From: Botryllus schlosseri
Lineage: Eukaryota
Length of the DNA: 64,000 nucleotides
Assembly (NCBI GenBank): GCA_051294905.1
Contig: CM119378.1
Coordinates: 4,404,001 to 4,468,000, forward strand
Direction: 5' to 3'
Shown here: in pieces, positions 27,001 through 39,000 of the stretch
Layout of the letters: each line of letters starts with the position of its first letter
Numbering within the stretch: the stretch's first letter is position 1
The notes under the pieces: model-generated
What the model was told of the DNA's origin: nothing
What the model saw: only the letters and a program-made list of their open reading frames with translations
The model's database searches: none
Translations under genes and position numbers: made by a program

Positions 27001-30000
27001 GCTACAATGTGCAATTGTACATACCTCCTAGCGACTGATTCATGATTCCGGGGTTACAACCAGGTTTGCAATTGCAATATACCAATTTGATGTGGCTCTG
27101 TATCATTTTTATTCCATGCGTCAAGCTTTCCAACCTTTGGTTAGCAAAATGTTGTTCACGTCCGGTTCTAATGGAATTATGTAGCCATATTTTCAATGAC
27201 TAGTTGAATACAATGGCTTCATCAACCACTGTATCTGATTTGGGATGACTAACGGCCATTGATGTCCTACAGTCATGCCACTTGTGGAGAGCTAATTTGA
27301 CTCGGTATAGATTGTATCTGTACAAGGGCTATTTGCATATAATGACACGCGATTTGACCGGCTGTTATAATATTGCAGATTTTATTGCCATAGTTATTTA
27401 CTGTTATTTACCATTTTTGTGACCTCTTTTTTTCTCTACAGGAATCAATCGTTTCCTTCTACTCAAGTGAGCTGACTTTTTGTGTATGCTTTTTGGTTAT
27501 TGTTGACGCAAACACAGTTATACCTTATCGGCCGAGGTCATATCTTCGATATCGATTTAAAACATAACACGGAGATTGCCTTATCGCGACAGAAGAACAC
27601 AGACCGTTTACTGTACCACTCGGGCTTTGCTGGTTGGACTTGGCATCATTATTACTTGTATGTGCTTGGCTCGGAACAGATATGCGTTGAAATGATATTG
27701 AATTTTAAGGTCGATTTTGCTGTTTGAATGTCACTTGATATATCTGTAGTATTTCTACGGGCACTGGCTCGGAAGAGATGTGCATTGATATCGAATTTTG
27801 AGGTAGATATTGTGGTCTAAATGTGTCTTGAACGACTGTGTGTGCATACTATTGTAAAGCTTCGCAAATTTTTATAAATGTAGCAAATGCCTGTGGACCT
27901 ATCCTATTGTCACTTGACGACTTTATAAAATGGGAGTGTTGCATTCAAGAGCAGAGCTCGATTGATATCATATTTTTGAGCCAATAAAACGTATATTTAG
28001 CCCCTTCACCGATAGCCCAGATATATTCGGCTGCTATTCAAAGGATGTAGCATCTAGCTTAGGGCGAATTTCGCAAACTTCAGTGCATTTGAACACTGAA
28101 CAGCTTTACATGACATGAAAGAAGTTGGTAAGGTGGCAGATGACACCTGTAAACTATGTGAAATATATCAATAGTCCCAATCTGGAAGTGAAAGATTATA
28201 GTTTTTTTATAAAGGGCATTAGAAAAGTTGAAGCACCTCGCTCTGACGATATTTAAATATTTTGTAGTCGACTCTGCAATTTTGTTTATTTTCTATTGGT
28301 GTGACGAATAAAAGCGTACTGTATCTAGATATCTATTTATGTGCTCTGAAAATAGGTTAGTTTAATCACGGTGATTGTGATACAATTGTCTTTCTCTGGC
28401 ATTTAGTCACTGGCTATGAACGCGATTGGCAGCGAGAACATGACGCAGCTACGGCAGCAAGCCCAGGCGCGGAACGCAGCGTCCGGTATGCTGGATATCG
28501 CCGAGTTTCCCGCTCTGAAAGGGGGCCCGCAGGCGAGCGGTCTTTCGAACGGAATTTCAAGTGAGCCCCGGTTTTGTGGCTGCTTGTTGCAATTTACGAT
28601 ATCGTATTATCAGTGTGTAACGCGCTGCCAATTAGCGCGAAGCGTGTTGCCAATTAACTGGAGTTGTCTGCGCAGCAGGCGTTCTTCTGCTGAGTTAGTT
28701 TGCCGTTTGTACGTGACCGAAATGAGGTCGTTGATTGCTGCGCGCGCGCCAATATCGGCCAATTCATCGTGTCCACGACTGGCCTGAACAATCGCATATA
28801 CAACAGGCCATGTGCGCAAGATATATTCGCTTGCGTAATCAGTCGCATGTCCAACAGGCCTGGCGCGCACGACATAACCGTTGTGCTGAGCGATCGCATC
28901 TGTAGTAGCTGATAGGCCTTGTGCGCAAGATGTCGTGTCCCTGGCCTTAACCATCGCGTCGCAGGCTTTGGCTACTGTCGTTTAGAGACGATGTCGTTAA
29001 TTTTATGTCGTATATATCGTATTTATGTCGTACACGCCCTATGTCCTAAAGAAATAGAATACACTAGACCCGATTTTGACATAAATCTCCTGACTGAACA
29101 TCTTCCGTTGAACGCGATATCTAAACCACCTTGGCGTGTACGACATATTATCTTCATAACATCGGCTGACAACGATATAAAGTTCGATATCTGCATGACT
29201 GCTGGAGCGTGAAGTTGCTATCGAAATTTCAACAAATTGCAGCTCCATTACGGTGGCGTTCTTTAGAAAACGGCTGCGGCCAAAATTTTTATTTCGTTTT
29301 GCCCTTCAATTTGAGACCACATCAGTTTTAGAGTGCAGCGCCCCTTTAACTCCTGAGTATTTAGGACTCAAAAACTTGAAAAATTCAAAAACTTGCCCTA
29401 GTGATGACCTTCTTGAATGATACCCCAGGACTGTGGTGTGACTTTTGTGTAAACGTTGAAAGTGTATACCATTCTGAAAAAGGTTAACAGCAGTGTGTTA
29501 TGCTGTGTTAATGAGTTTTTTTCAACTGCTGCAGAAGACTCGTGCCAAGATTCTGCTTCAGATAAACAACACAGTTACCTGTTCTTATTATGGGGCGCAT
29601 TATGTATCATATTCTGCCCACATAATTAGATTATGTTGCTATGTGGTGTTGTGAGGGCTTACTAGGTTTTGCTGGTTTACGACACACTACGCATAACAGG
29701 TCACAAACTTTGAATTGATGTATGTCCATTATGATTCAAGTTTAGCGTGCATTTTCTCAGTAAAGCATCAGTTGATCTGGCTTATGGTGTGGTATCTCTA
29801 TCTCAGTTCAACAAAGTACTCAAGTTGCTCTGCTCTCAGACTACTTCTACTCTACAGTTTTCAGCCCAAACAAGTAGTAAGTAGTTTGGACATACTTTGG
29901 TGTCACTTCTATGAGAGAATATTGTATCAAGTGGGCAGAATAGCCCCCGTAACATGGTAGGTAGATATTTTTCAAAAATCGCGTGTAGCTGTAGTTTTAT

Positions 30001-33000
30001 CAGTCGGTTTGTGTTGATTGCAAAAAGCACCATGTAATTCCAAACGACATCGCACTCGATTTTCAGCTGGAAATATGTGACCTCTTGACTAAATCTATCT
30101 TTTTGAAAATACTTGACTGCCTAAAATACTTTCCAGACCCTCACTTTCAACTTCCGCTTGAAATAGTTTTGACCAGGAAATCGCTGCTGCTACTTGTAAT
30201 TATACAATTACATAATATAATCATATCGAAACAGACCCAAATATTTTTGGCTAACACTTGTCAGGGGTAATCGCCAGCAATTAGTCGTAGCCCCTGTTGT
30301 TGCCAGAGAATATTCAGGTTTATTTCAACATCAATATATTATTCTGGTCAAGTTCTGTATCCGTCAGCGTATCTTGAAATCAGGGTTGTAACCAAGTCAC
30401 AAGGTTTCGAGTCGCAAGTCAATGTCACTTTTATAGTTTTGACTCGAGTCAAGCCGAGTCCTTTTCAATTCACCACTGAGTCAAGTCCAAGTCAGTGAGT
30501 AGAGGGTGGAGTCCGAGTCATCAGGTTCAAACCGCATTTTTCGAGTGATATAGAATGGCTCACATTCATAATATCGTAGTTTTCCTCGGTCCTTACCAGT
30601 GTTGGGATGACTCGAGTCACTTTGCAAAAATGACTTGACTTGACTCGGTGCTTCGAAAATGTGGGTTGACTAGGAGCAAAATTTACGAGTCAATTTCAAG
30701 TCATCAAGTATACAGTGTCGATTAAATCACCGTATCTTATGTATGTTAGAATGGTTAGCGATATGCCAGTGTCACTACTGACTAGTGCAAGCAGCCAGCC
30801 AGCCATTCACTGATGGTATGTCTACGCCTCACTGGACCTCCATTGTTACATCACAAACAAATTGACAGGCAAATGAAATGATCACAGCTTACGTTGTCGT
30901 AGTGGTAGTAAATTAATCTATGGTAATAATGGCAAGGTATCTCTGTTTCTTAGATGGCTCAGTGCTTACATTGCGTGGTGCTCCCCTTCAACAACCCTCT
31001 TGTATAATTTGAATCGGAACGAATATGGTTTATGCATTTATATTCCCAAGGGTGGGTAGATGGGTAATGTATCATATCAATTTGTATCGACTTCTCGAGA
31101 CTTCCTATTCGGTCCTCTAGTTTGACTGATAATATCAGACTGTAGCATGCAGCTGCACATAGTTACTCAGGTATTTTATTAGCAGTTCAAGGTGCGTGTG
31201 AGCGATACAATGCCTTTTTGCATGTACCGTATATTTAACTTCATATTCGTTGTTCGATTCAAGATGAATGGTAAATTAATTTGTCTTTCACACAACTAGC
31301 AAAATTTAATGACTTTGAATCATCACTCATAGTCGTAAAATTCAATATAACTTTAATTGTGGCTTGACTTGTGACTTGACTTGACTTGACTCGAGTCAAA
31401 ATGCGCGATGACTCGTGACTCGAAGGTAGTGACTTGATCCCAACACCGGTCTTAACAGTCTCTGGCCCTCTTTTCCAAGTATCAGGACTGATAGACGAAA
31501 CACCAATCATGTTGTGACTTTACTATTCTTCGAAGTTACAATGAAATGTCTGTCTTGGCCGTCCTAGTCTCGAGTCGTATGTCTTGGTCCGATTGGTGCA
31601 CAATGACTCGCGTACAAGTCGAGTCAATACACCAATTGACTCGAGTCGGGTCATGAATTGAGTCATTGCCACCCTGCTATCTTGATTTGCGAGTGTTGTG
31701 TGTGATTACATGTTTGTGAAGCAGCATTATAATCATCATGTAGTAGCGTCATAATATTCTATCTAGATCCGTTCAACCTCGACCAAACTGAATTTCCGGC
31801 TCTGGCGCAGCGGGCACCGTTCGGTTCCCAGTCGACGGACGCGTTCAATTCGAAGCAGCCGTACGGTATGTGGATCGGATTACGTCCGAATGTCTGACCG
31901 TCTTTGTGTAGATCGAAATTTTTTAGGGCTGCTCAACAAGCAATCCGGCAATTCCGAGTTTCAAATCCAAAACGAGGACTTTCCAGCGTTACCCGGCACT
32001 GGCGCTACCGGCGCGATGAACGTTATGAAAGCAGTTTGTAAGTTTGATTTGTTCCTTCTTGTAAATGTCTCAGCCGGTAAGGACTGCGAGTAGCGTACAG
32101 ATGTGGGACTGAGTGGAATAAGTACCGGAGTGGTTTGAGTGCGAATCGCGTGTTCGAGTAGCATTTGGTAAGACGTCGTGAGACTATGAATGTTGAAATA
32201 TGTACCTTTTATGCAATCACAAAGAATATAACGCCAGTTCTATACCACATTAAAGATTATTTGGTATTTTATCGACTATACCTACTTCATTAGGCTTGAA
32301 GGGCTTCTTGGAGGTGCAGAACTTCAATATACAATTCGATACTATATTAATATTGAAATGAACCTGAATATTTTCGGCTGACATTCGTCAGGGTAATCGT
32401 CGGCAACTAGTAGAGGATTGGAAAGAACATCGTCTATCAACAATCGTATCACGAAACATGATGTCACCAGCATGAAATTTGGAATAAGAGAGCGTTCAAT
32501 GTACTAGGCTATTTATCAAAATATACCAGCCAACGCTGTGTCAACAAAAGAAGTTTGTGTACCATCTAAAAATAGTACATTAAACGCTATCTTATTCGAA
32601 ATTTCATGCTGGTGACGTCATATGTTGTGATACGATTGTTGATATACAATGTTCTTTCCAATTCTCTACTACCGTAGTTGCTGACGAGTGTCTGTCGAAA
32701 ATATTCGGGCTCATTTCAATATGAATATGCTATTCAATTCATTAGACTTGTGATTATTTTGTGACTCTACCATGGCTTTATCAAAATGTAATTTCTACTG
32801 CATGTTTTGGCTTGAATCACGCGCCCAGCCCCGCGACAGATATGTAATGCAGCTGTATTAAGTCGGATGATCACTATCAATGTTTTGGTATATTTCTTAC
32901 CTGCTACCACAAGTTTCATTTCATTTCATAAATTATATTCAACATATCGATCGTCATTTTACTGTACGTTAAGTCTCGACCATTGAGTGCGGTAATTTAT

Positions 33001-36000
33001 AATTTCCCCACGGTTAATGATTGATTTTTCCAATAAATGCCATGTTTTGGAGCGTGGAATTGAATGTTATATTTGTATCGAAATAAATCCGGAGCTGTTT
33101 TCGGCTGACACTCGTCAGGGGTGATTGTCAGCCGGGTATATTTCAATATGAATACTATACGTGTGTGTATTGAAGTTCTGTAAGACCAAGAACTGGGAAT
33201 TCTATTAATATCGGTGGTCGTGGTTTCTTGCAGTTCCGGAGCAAGACGGCCGGGGAGACGAATCCAGTAGATTGGTGAGTGGGATTTGGTAATAAGTAGT
33301 AAATGCTCTGATGTCATGTTTGCTGTATCCAACTCTACGAGGTCACTTGTTAATGTTATGGCGAAATTCACTTTGAAGTGGTTCTGAGAGGTCACTCTGT
33401 GTTTCAAGTGCTTCTATTTATGTTGGCGTTCACTGCAAAACTGTGTATCTCCTATCTCGTTTTCATGATTTGGAAACAAATAGCCATCCTTCAAATTCCA
33501 GTGTACCGGTATTTCAAAACGGTCCAAAATCAAGTGTTTGAGTTTGCAGGTCAAAATATTAATGAGCTTTGATATCCTGATTCACTCGCAATTCTTTTTC
33601 TGTAACGAAGTGCCGGATGGCGGTTTCAAATTTTACTGGTTACTTGATGAAATTGTTAGGTTACCTTAAAAAACGCTGCACACCAATTTCAGATAAATTC
33701 CAACCGGTAGAAGCGTAGTTATTGGAGTGCAAAATTTTGAATTAGGAAAATCTGTATCTACTGTGGAAAATTCTTTCGTTATTTACCCATTCTGTACTGT
33801 GAGTTGGAAACCTAAGTCTTGAACATCAATAACTTCGCGAAACTAATTGCTTTGTAGATATTGCTTTTGTAGAAAGCGGTTTGTGTGTGAGCAATTGGTT
33901 TGTCACTTTGACGAATCCAATTTATCACGCGGGCGAAAAACAACAATAGTGATATGTATTTAACAAAATTGTACCTATTTGTACTGTCATTTTTCGTTAC
34001 GCGTTAGTCCGAAAATATCCTGTTTCTGAGTGACTACCAAACACACGCGACATTCTGACCAAATATACTATTCAAAAATACTAGATTGTTTTTCATTTCA
34101 TCTTTGAAAAAGTTTTGGAATTGCTACGTGTACTTGTAATCATGCAATAAGTTACACCGTTTTTCTAGTTCTACTCTAGTAGCAAGACTGACAAATTTGA
34201 CGGACTATGCCTTGGAGCAGGGCAAGCTTTCACCCTTTCTTGTCACTTCACGCTGTGGATCGAAACTCGTTTTCTCGGGATTTTTGACTCTTGTCTCTCG
34301 TTTTACAGGGCGGTCTTGGCAATCTCAATTCGCTGGGGTCTCTAGACGGTGAGTGAATTTGAATTTGGCTGCGTCTCCAACTTGATCTAATGCACGCGTA
34401 TTTTCAGGTATCTCGCAAAGCCAGCAATCATCGCATCAGAAAGGAATTCAAGTAATGGCCTTTCTCATCTCTGACAGCATAGTGCAATTGTTTGCAAAGC
34501 CTGCCCTTCCCCCTTTCGTACACGCAATATTGTAGTTTCATTTTATTTTACTAACTGTTATCTTAGTGTATATTATGAATGGCAATTGAAGAACTTGGTC
34601 AGTACATTTGTATTAGCTTAAGCCATACATTGACCTTGATCACTCCAATTTTCGTTCCGGTGACGTCATACTTGGTGATACTATTGTCGATATACAATGT
34701 TCTTTCCAATTCTCTACTAGTTTCTGACGATTAACCCTGGCGAGTGTCAGCCAAAAATATTCGGGTTCATTTCAATATGAATTTACTATTCAAGCGTATG
34801 CTGAATTCTGTATCTCCTGTTCCGTTACTGTTCTGGCTAATCTTGTGTATTTTTTGCAAGGTGTTGCAAGACAACTCTATTAAAAACATTCCGAGGAGTA
34901 TGTTGACGGACCAGTACGGTGTCGTGGGCTTGTTGGCTTTTATTAAAGCCGCGGAAAGCGACCCCACGCTCGTGCACCTCGCGCTCGGAAACGATTTGAC
35001 GACGCTCGGACTAAACCTCAATTCTCCTGAGTAAGCGATCTATATATTTGACACGACACTTGCATTAATGTTGTCATGTTAGGAGTCACGTGCTGGGGTA
35101 AGATAGGATGAGAATTAAGGGCTGCTAAGAGCCAAATTCACTGGGGGAAATAACCCTGTGTTGAAACGTACTTGTACTAACCTGATATTCAATATGTATA
35201 GCGGTATTCGCCGTGTACCGCTGCAATCGCTATCAACTAATATACCGTTAAAGAGCTTTCTTATCAATAACCTCCTCTGGTGATGGTGACATGATGATTG
35301 TGTTATGACGGCTAAGTCGTTCCAGTTCCGGTGGTGTTGAGGGAAATTGGCTCTGGGAAATTAGTTCAACTATTATGGGAGTCTGATTTACCAACGCCTA
35401 CAAATATGATAAGCTGAAGAATTGAGTATTCATCCCAAGAAGGGTGTCCTATATCGGGAAGGAATGTGGATGTTAGTTAAACATTTGTGCACCAAATGTT
35501 GAATCACAAGTAATAGATACTTTCCATGCTAATGAAGCTATTGTCTTTCAGTTTTTCGTGATTTGGGATCGATATAGGCGTGAATTCACGCTTCCTAAAT
35601 GAATTGAAAATCACTGATTAGCAGTATGCTTCTCGTTGTATTCAAACTTCCATATTGAGTATCCAGCTATTGATAGGACTGCTAATTGAGCTTATCTCGC
35701 TTTCATCTTATCGATTTTCTCTTCCTTCTAGCAATCTCTACCACAAATTCCAATCTCCGTTCTCGAAGCAACCGTGCCGGCCGCAGGACGTCGATTATTT
35801 TGTTCCAAGCGAGTATTTGACGAACACGCACGTCCGCGAGAAGCTGGCGCCGATCAAGTTGAATCGTTATGGGGAAGATTTACTGTTTTACGTCTACTAC
35901 ACCAATCCGGGGGACGTGCTGCAACTAGCGGCGGCAGCCGAACTGTGAGTATGCGTCAAGTGGAAATCGCGCGTTGGCATTCCAGGGTTGTAACCGAGTC

Positions 36001-39000
36001 ACAAGTTTCCGAGTCGCAAGTCGATTTTACTTGGTAGTTTTACTCGAGTCCGCTCAAGACATTTTCAATTCACTGCTGAGTTAATATTACTGAGACCCGA
36101 GGCCAGCTACGGGGTTCACTGTCAGGTTCAACTCGCGTTTTTGAAACTCTTGGGTGTTGTCGGATGCCTTGGATTGATAGTATGGTCTTCTTTCTCACTC
36201 TTGAGATGTTTATTCAAACAGATGAAAGACATTTTCTGGGCTGATTTTTCAATTACCGGCTCTGATACACAAGACTTGAATCAAGTGATATGGATAGTCT
36301 CGAGGGTTGCCTGACATATGAGCGCGCGGCGCATCGAAAAATGACAATTGCGCATGGGACACTTCAGCATGTCACTTTATAACCTCCAAACTAACCCTAA
36401 CACCAACTACAACCATTAAATTAATCCTCATATCAGGGGTGGCAAACCTTCTTGCCATTCAAGGCCGCATTTCGACTACGCATGCAGCCTACGGCCGCAT
36501 CCAGGCCATAATCGTAATTACTAGTTACTAGCTTGACGCCAAATGCCATGTTAGAGTGTCCATGTCCTAATCTGGTGAAACCCGGACTAATCTAGGCTTC
36601 TAGGCTTGCTATACGCACCTAAATCGCGAGTGGTGACTAGTCTTGTAATGGAACTGTTCATAGTCGCAAATTTTTTTTAGATTTGCTAATGAATTTCGTC
36701 ATTAATATCAGTAGTTTTACATATTACTATCGAACATTTATCCTTTCTCAGCCCATCTGATCAGATTCACCGGTAGAGTTGATGGAGGCGATGTTTTCGA
36801 AAATTTAGGGCAAGTTATAAATGATGATGCATCTTGGGGTGGGCCAATTGTTATTAGTCACTTTATTGCATGCAGTTATTTTTTGTCGACCTCCCATCAT
36901 GATTGTCGGTGTAGCAAGGAGTACACGATTCCGAGTTGGTATTTCTATATGGGGCGCATCATTTTCCTCTGCCGTTCAAATCTGTAATGTGGGGCTCTGA
37001 TTGCAAAGGGCCCCACTGCATTAAAATCGTAAAATGAAGTCACATTCACTTGCACGCAGCGCGAAGATAATTTGAAGATTAATTAAAATCTCTCAAGAAA
37101 TCGGGAGTCAATTCGTAAATTCAAATTTCATATCGACGGCCGCCGACCCTAAATCCAACCCCAACCTGCAATTTAACCCACATGCTTATCTGCAGTATGC
37201 CAAATTGCCGCATGCTCATATGTGCACGGACCAGTCTCGAGTCATGCGCAATGACTTGAGTACAAGTAGAATCTATACACAAATTGACTCAAGTCGAGTC
37301 AAGTTTAGTCAACGACAAATTCAGTACTCTGACTCTTTATTGAGTACTTTTTTCTTGATAAAGTAGAAATACTTTTTGCCACAGACCACCTATGATTTTA
37401 AGGAAAGTTCGTTCAGCGGAAACTCAATGGTGTGATCTAAACTATCTGGCCAGCATACTAAAATTCGATTTCACAGAGTAGAAATTCAGTATCCGAAGCT
37501 CGTGATTCAAACCGAGATTCTCGATTCTAACTGTTATTTGCCGAGTGGCGGCAAGTCAAAACTGTGTTGTTTGAAAGTACATTTTTGTTATTTCAGTTAT
37601 AACCGCGATTGGAGATACCATAAGGACGAGAGAATTTGGATAACGAGAGCGCCGGGCGTGGACCCGCGGGTCAAGAGCAGCACGTATGAACAGGGAACAT
37701 ACTATTATTTTGACTGTCAGAACTGGAGAAAGGTAGCGAAGGTAATAGTGAGTTACGTTTGCTAATGAACTTGCAATCTATTGTGGAATTCCATTTACCG
37801 AAAAAATCGTCGCTGTGAAATCGAAGTAACTTATGTTCATTTTACACGCTTGTTTGTTTGTTTTTGAAACAACGTGACAAACAAAAATATATCTGAAAAT
37901 TTCACGAAAACATGATTTTCTATGAATTAGAAAAATTTTAAAAATGGACTTCGCTGCTTTGATTCCATCGTGATGGTGGTCGGAACTATCATGAGTCCTT
38001 TAACATTAAAAGCGTCATTAGGTACTCTATCGTACACCAAACTGTCTGTCGCCACCGATTCTCTCGTGCGCCCTGATTCTTGTTAGAATTTTGGAAAAGA
38101 ACTGTATAAATATTTGAAATTATGAATCCACTAAAAACATTCTGCCAGATTCTTGGGTGTGCCACAGATCTTTTTAGGAATTTTGGAAAAGGACTGTATG
38201 ATTATTTGAAATAGTGAATACACTCGTCAACAAGAGAAAATTCCACTAATCATGATCACATCGTCTGGACTTCAGTCGGCACTGCAACATTCGTTACCGG
38301 ACTTTGCTGGTAACAAATTTAGTGGTTAATGCATTTGGAAGTGATGAACCAAGCAATCTTTCCGCAGAAGAAGGAAACTTCATTGATTTATGAAACAACC
38401 CATTTCTCGACACGATTTTCCTCCAAATGAGGATGAGTTTTGGCAATGTGAACAGCTTTTAGGTTTTGAGTGAAATGGAAAGCTGTAAACGAGTGAGACT
38501 GCTCAGTTGACAGCATCGTGCGAGTGCGTTTGTCACAATACGACCTTGTTCAAGTGCTATAAACAAGAACATAATCGCATTAACACGCGAACGCGAATAT
38601 AAATTTTTCAATGCCACGATTTTTTCATATAACTGTGCCGAGAGCGTTTTATAATTTTTCTGGTGTACTGCAAGGCGAAAACGGTTGTGAACCCCTGGTC
38701 TCCGGTTTGTACAAACTACCTAAACAACTACCTAAATTGATTAATTCCAAACCAGATCGTTGATATTTAATCTATCGGCATTTCAAACCAAGCTAGTCTC
38801 TAATTTGAAATAGGTGGGGTTTGAACCCCCAAATCCCACATCCCCTGGCTACGCCACCGTTAGTAGTAATGAGATAGCAATAGCTGCAAGAACATCGTAC
38901 AATGGAACATGTATAGCAGAGTGGAGTGAAAAATGGAAAATTTTTGATTTCAAAACGAACAGTTGATATGTGGTGCCAAATAGCAAAAAATAATTTCCAT

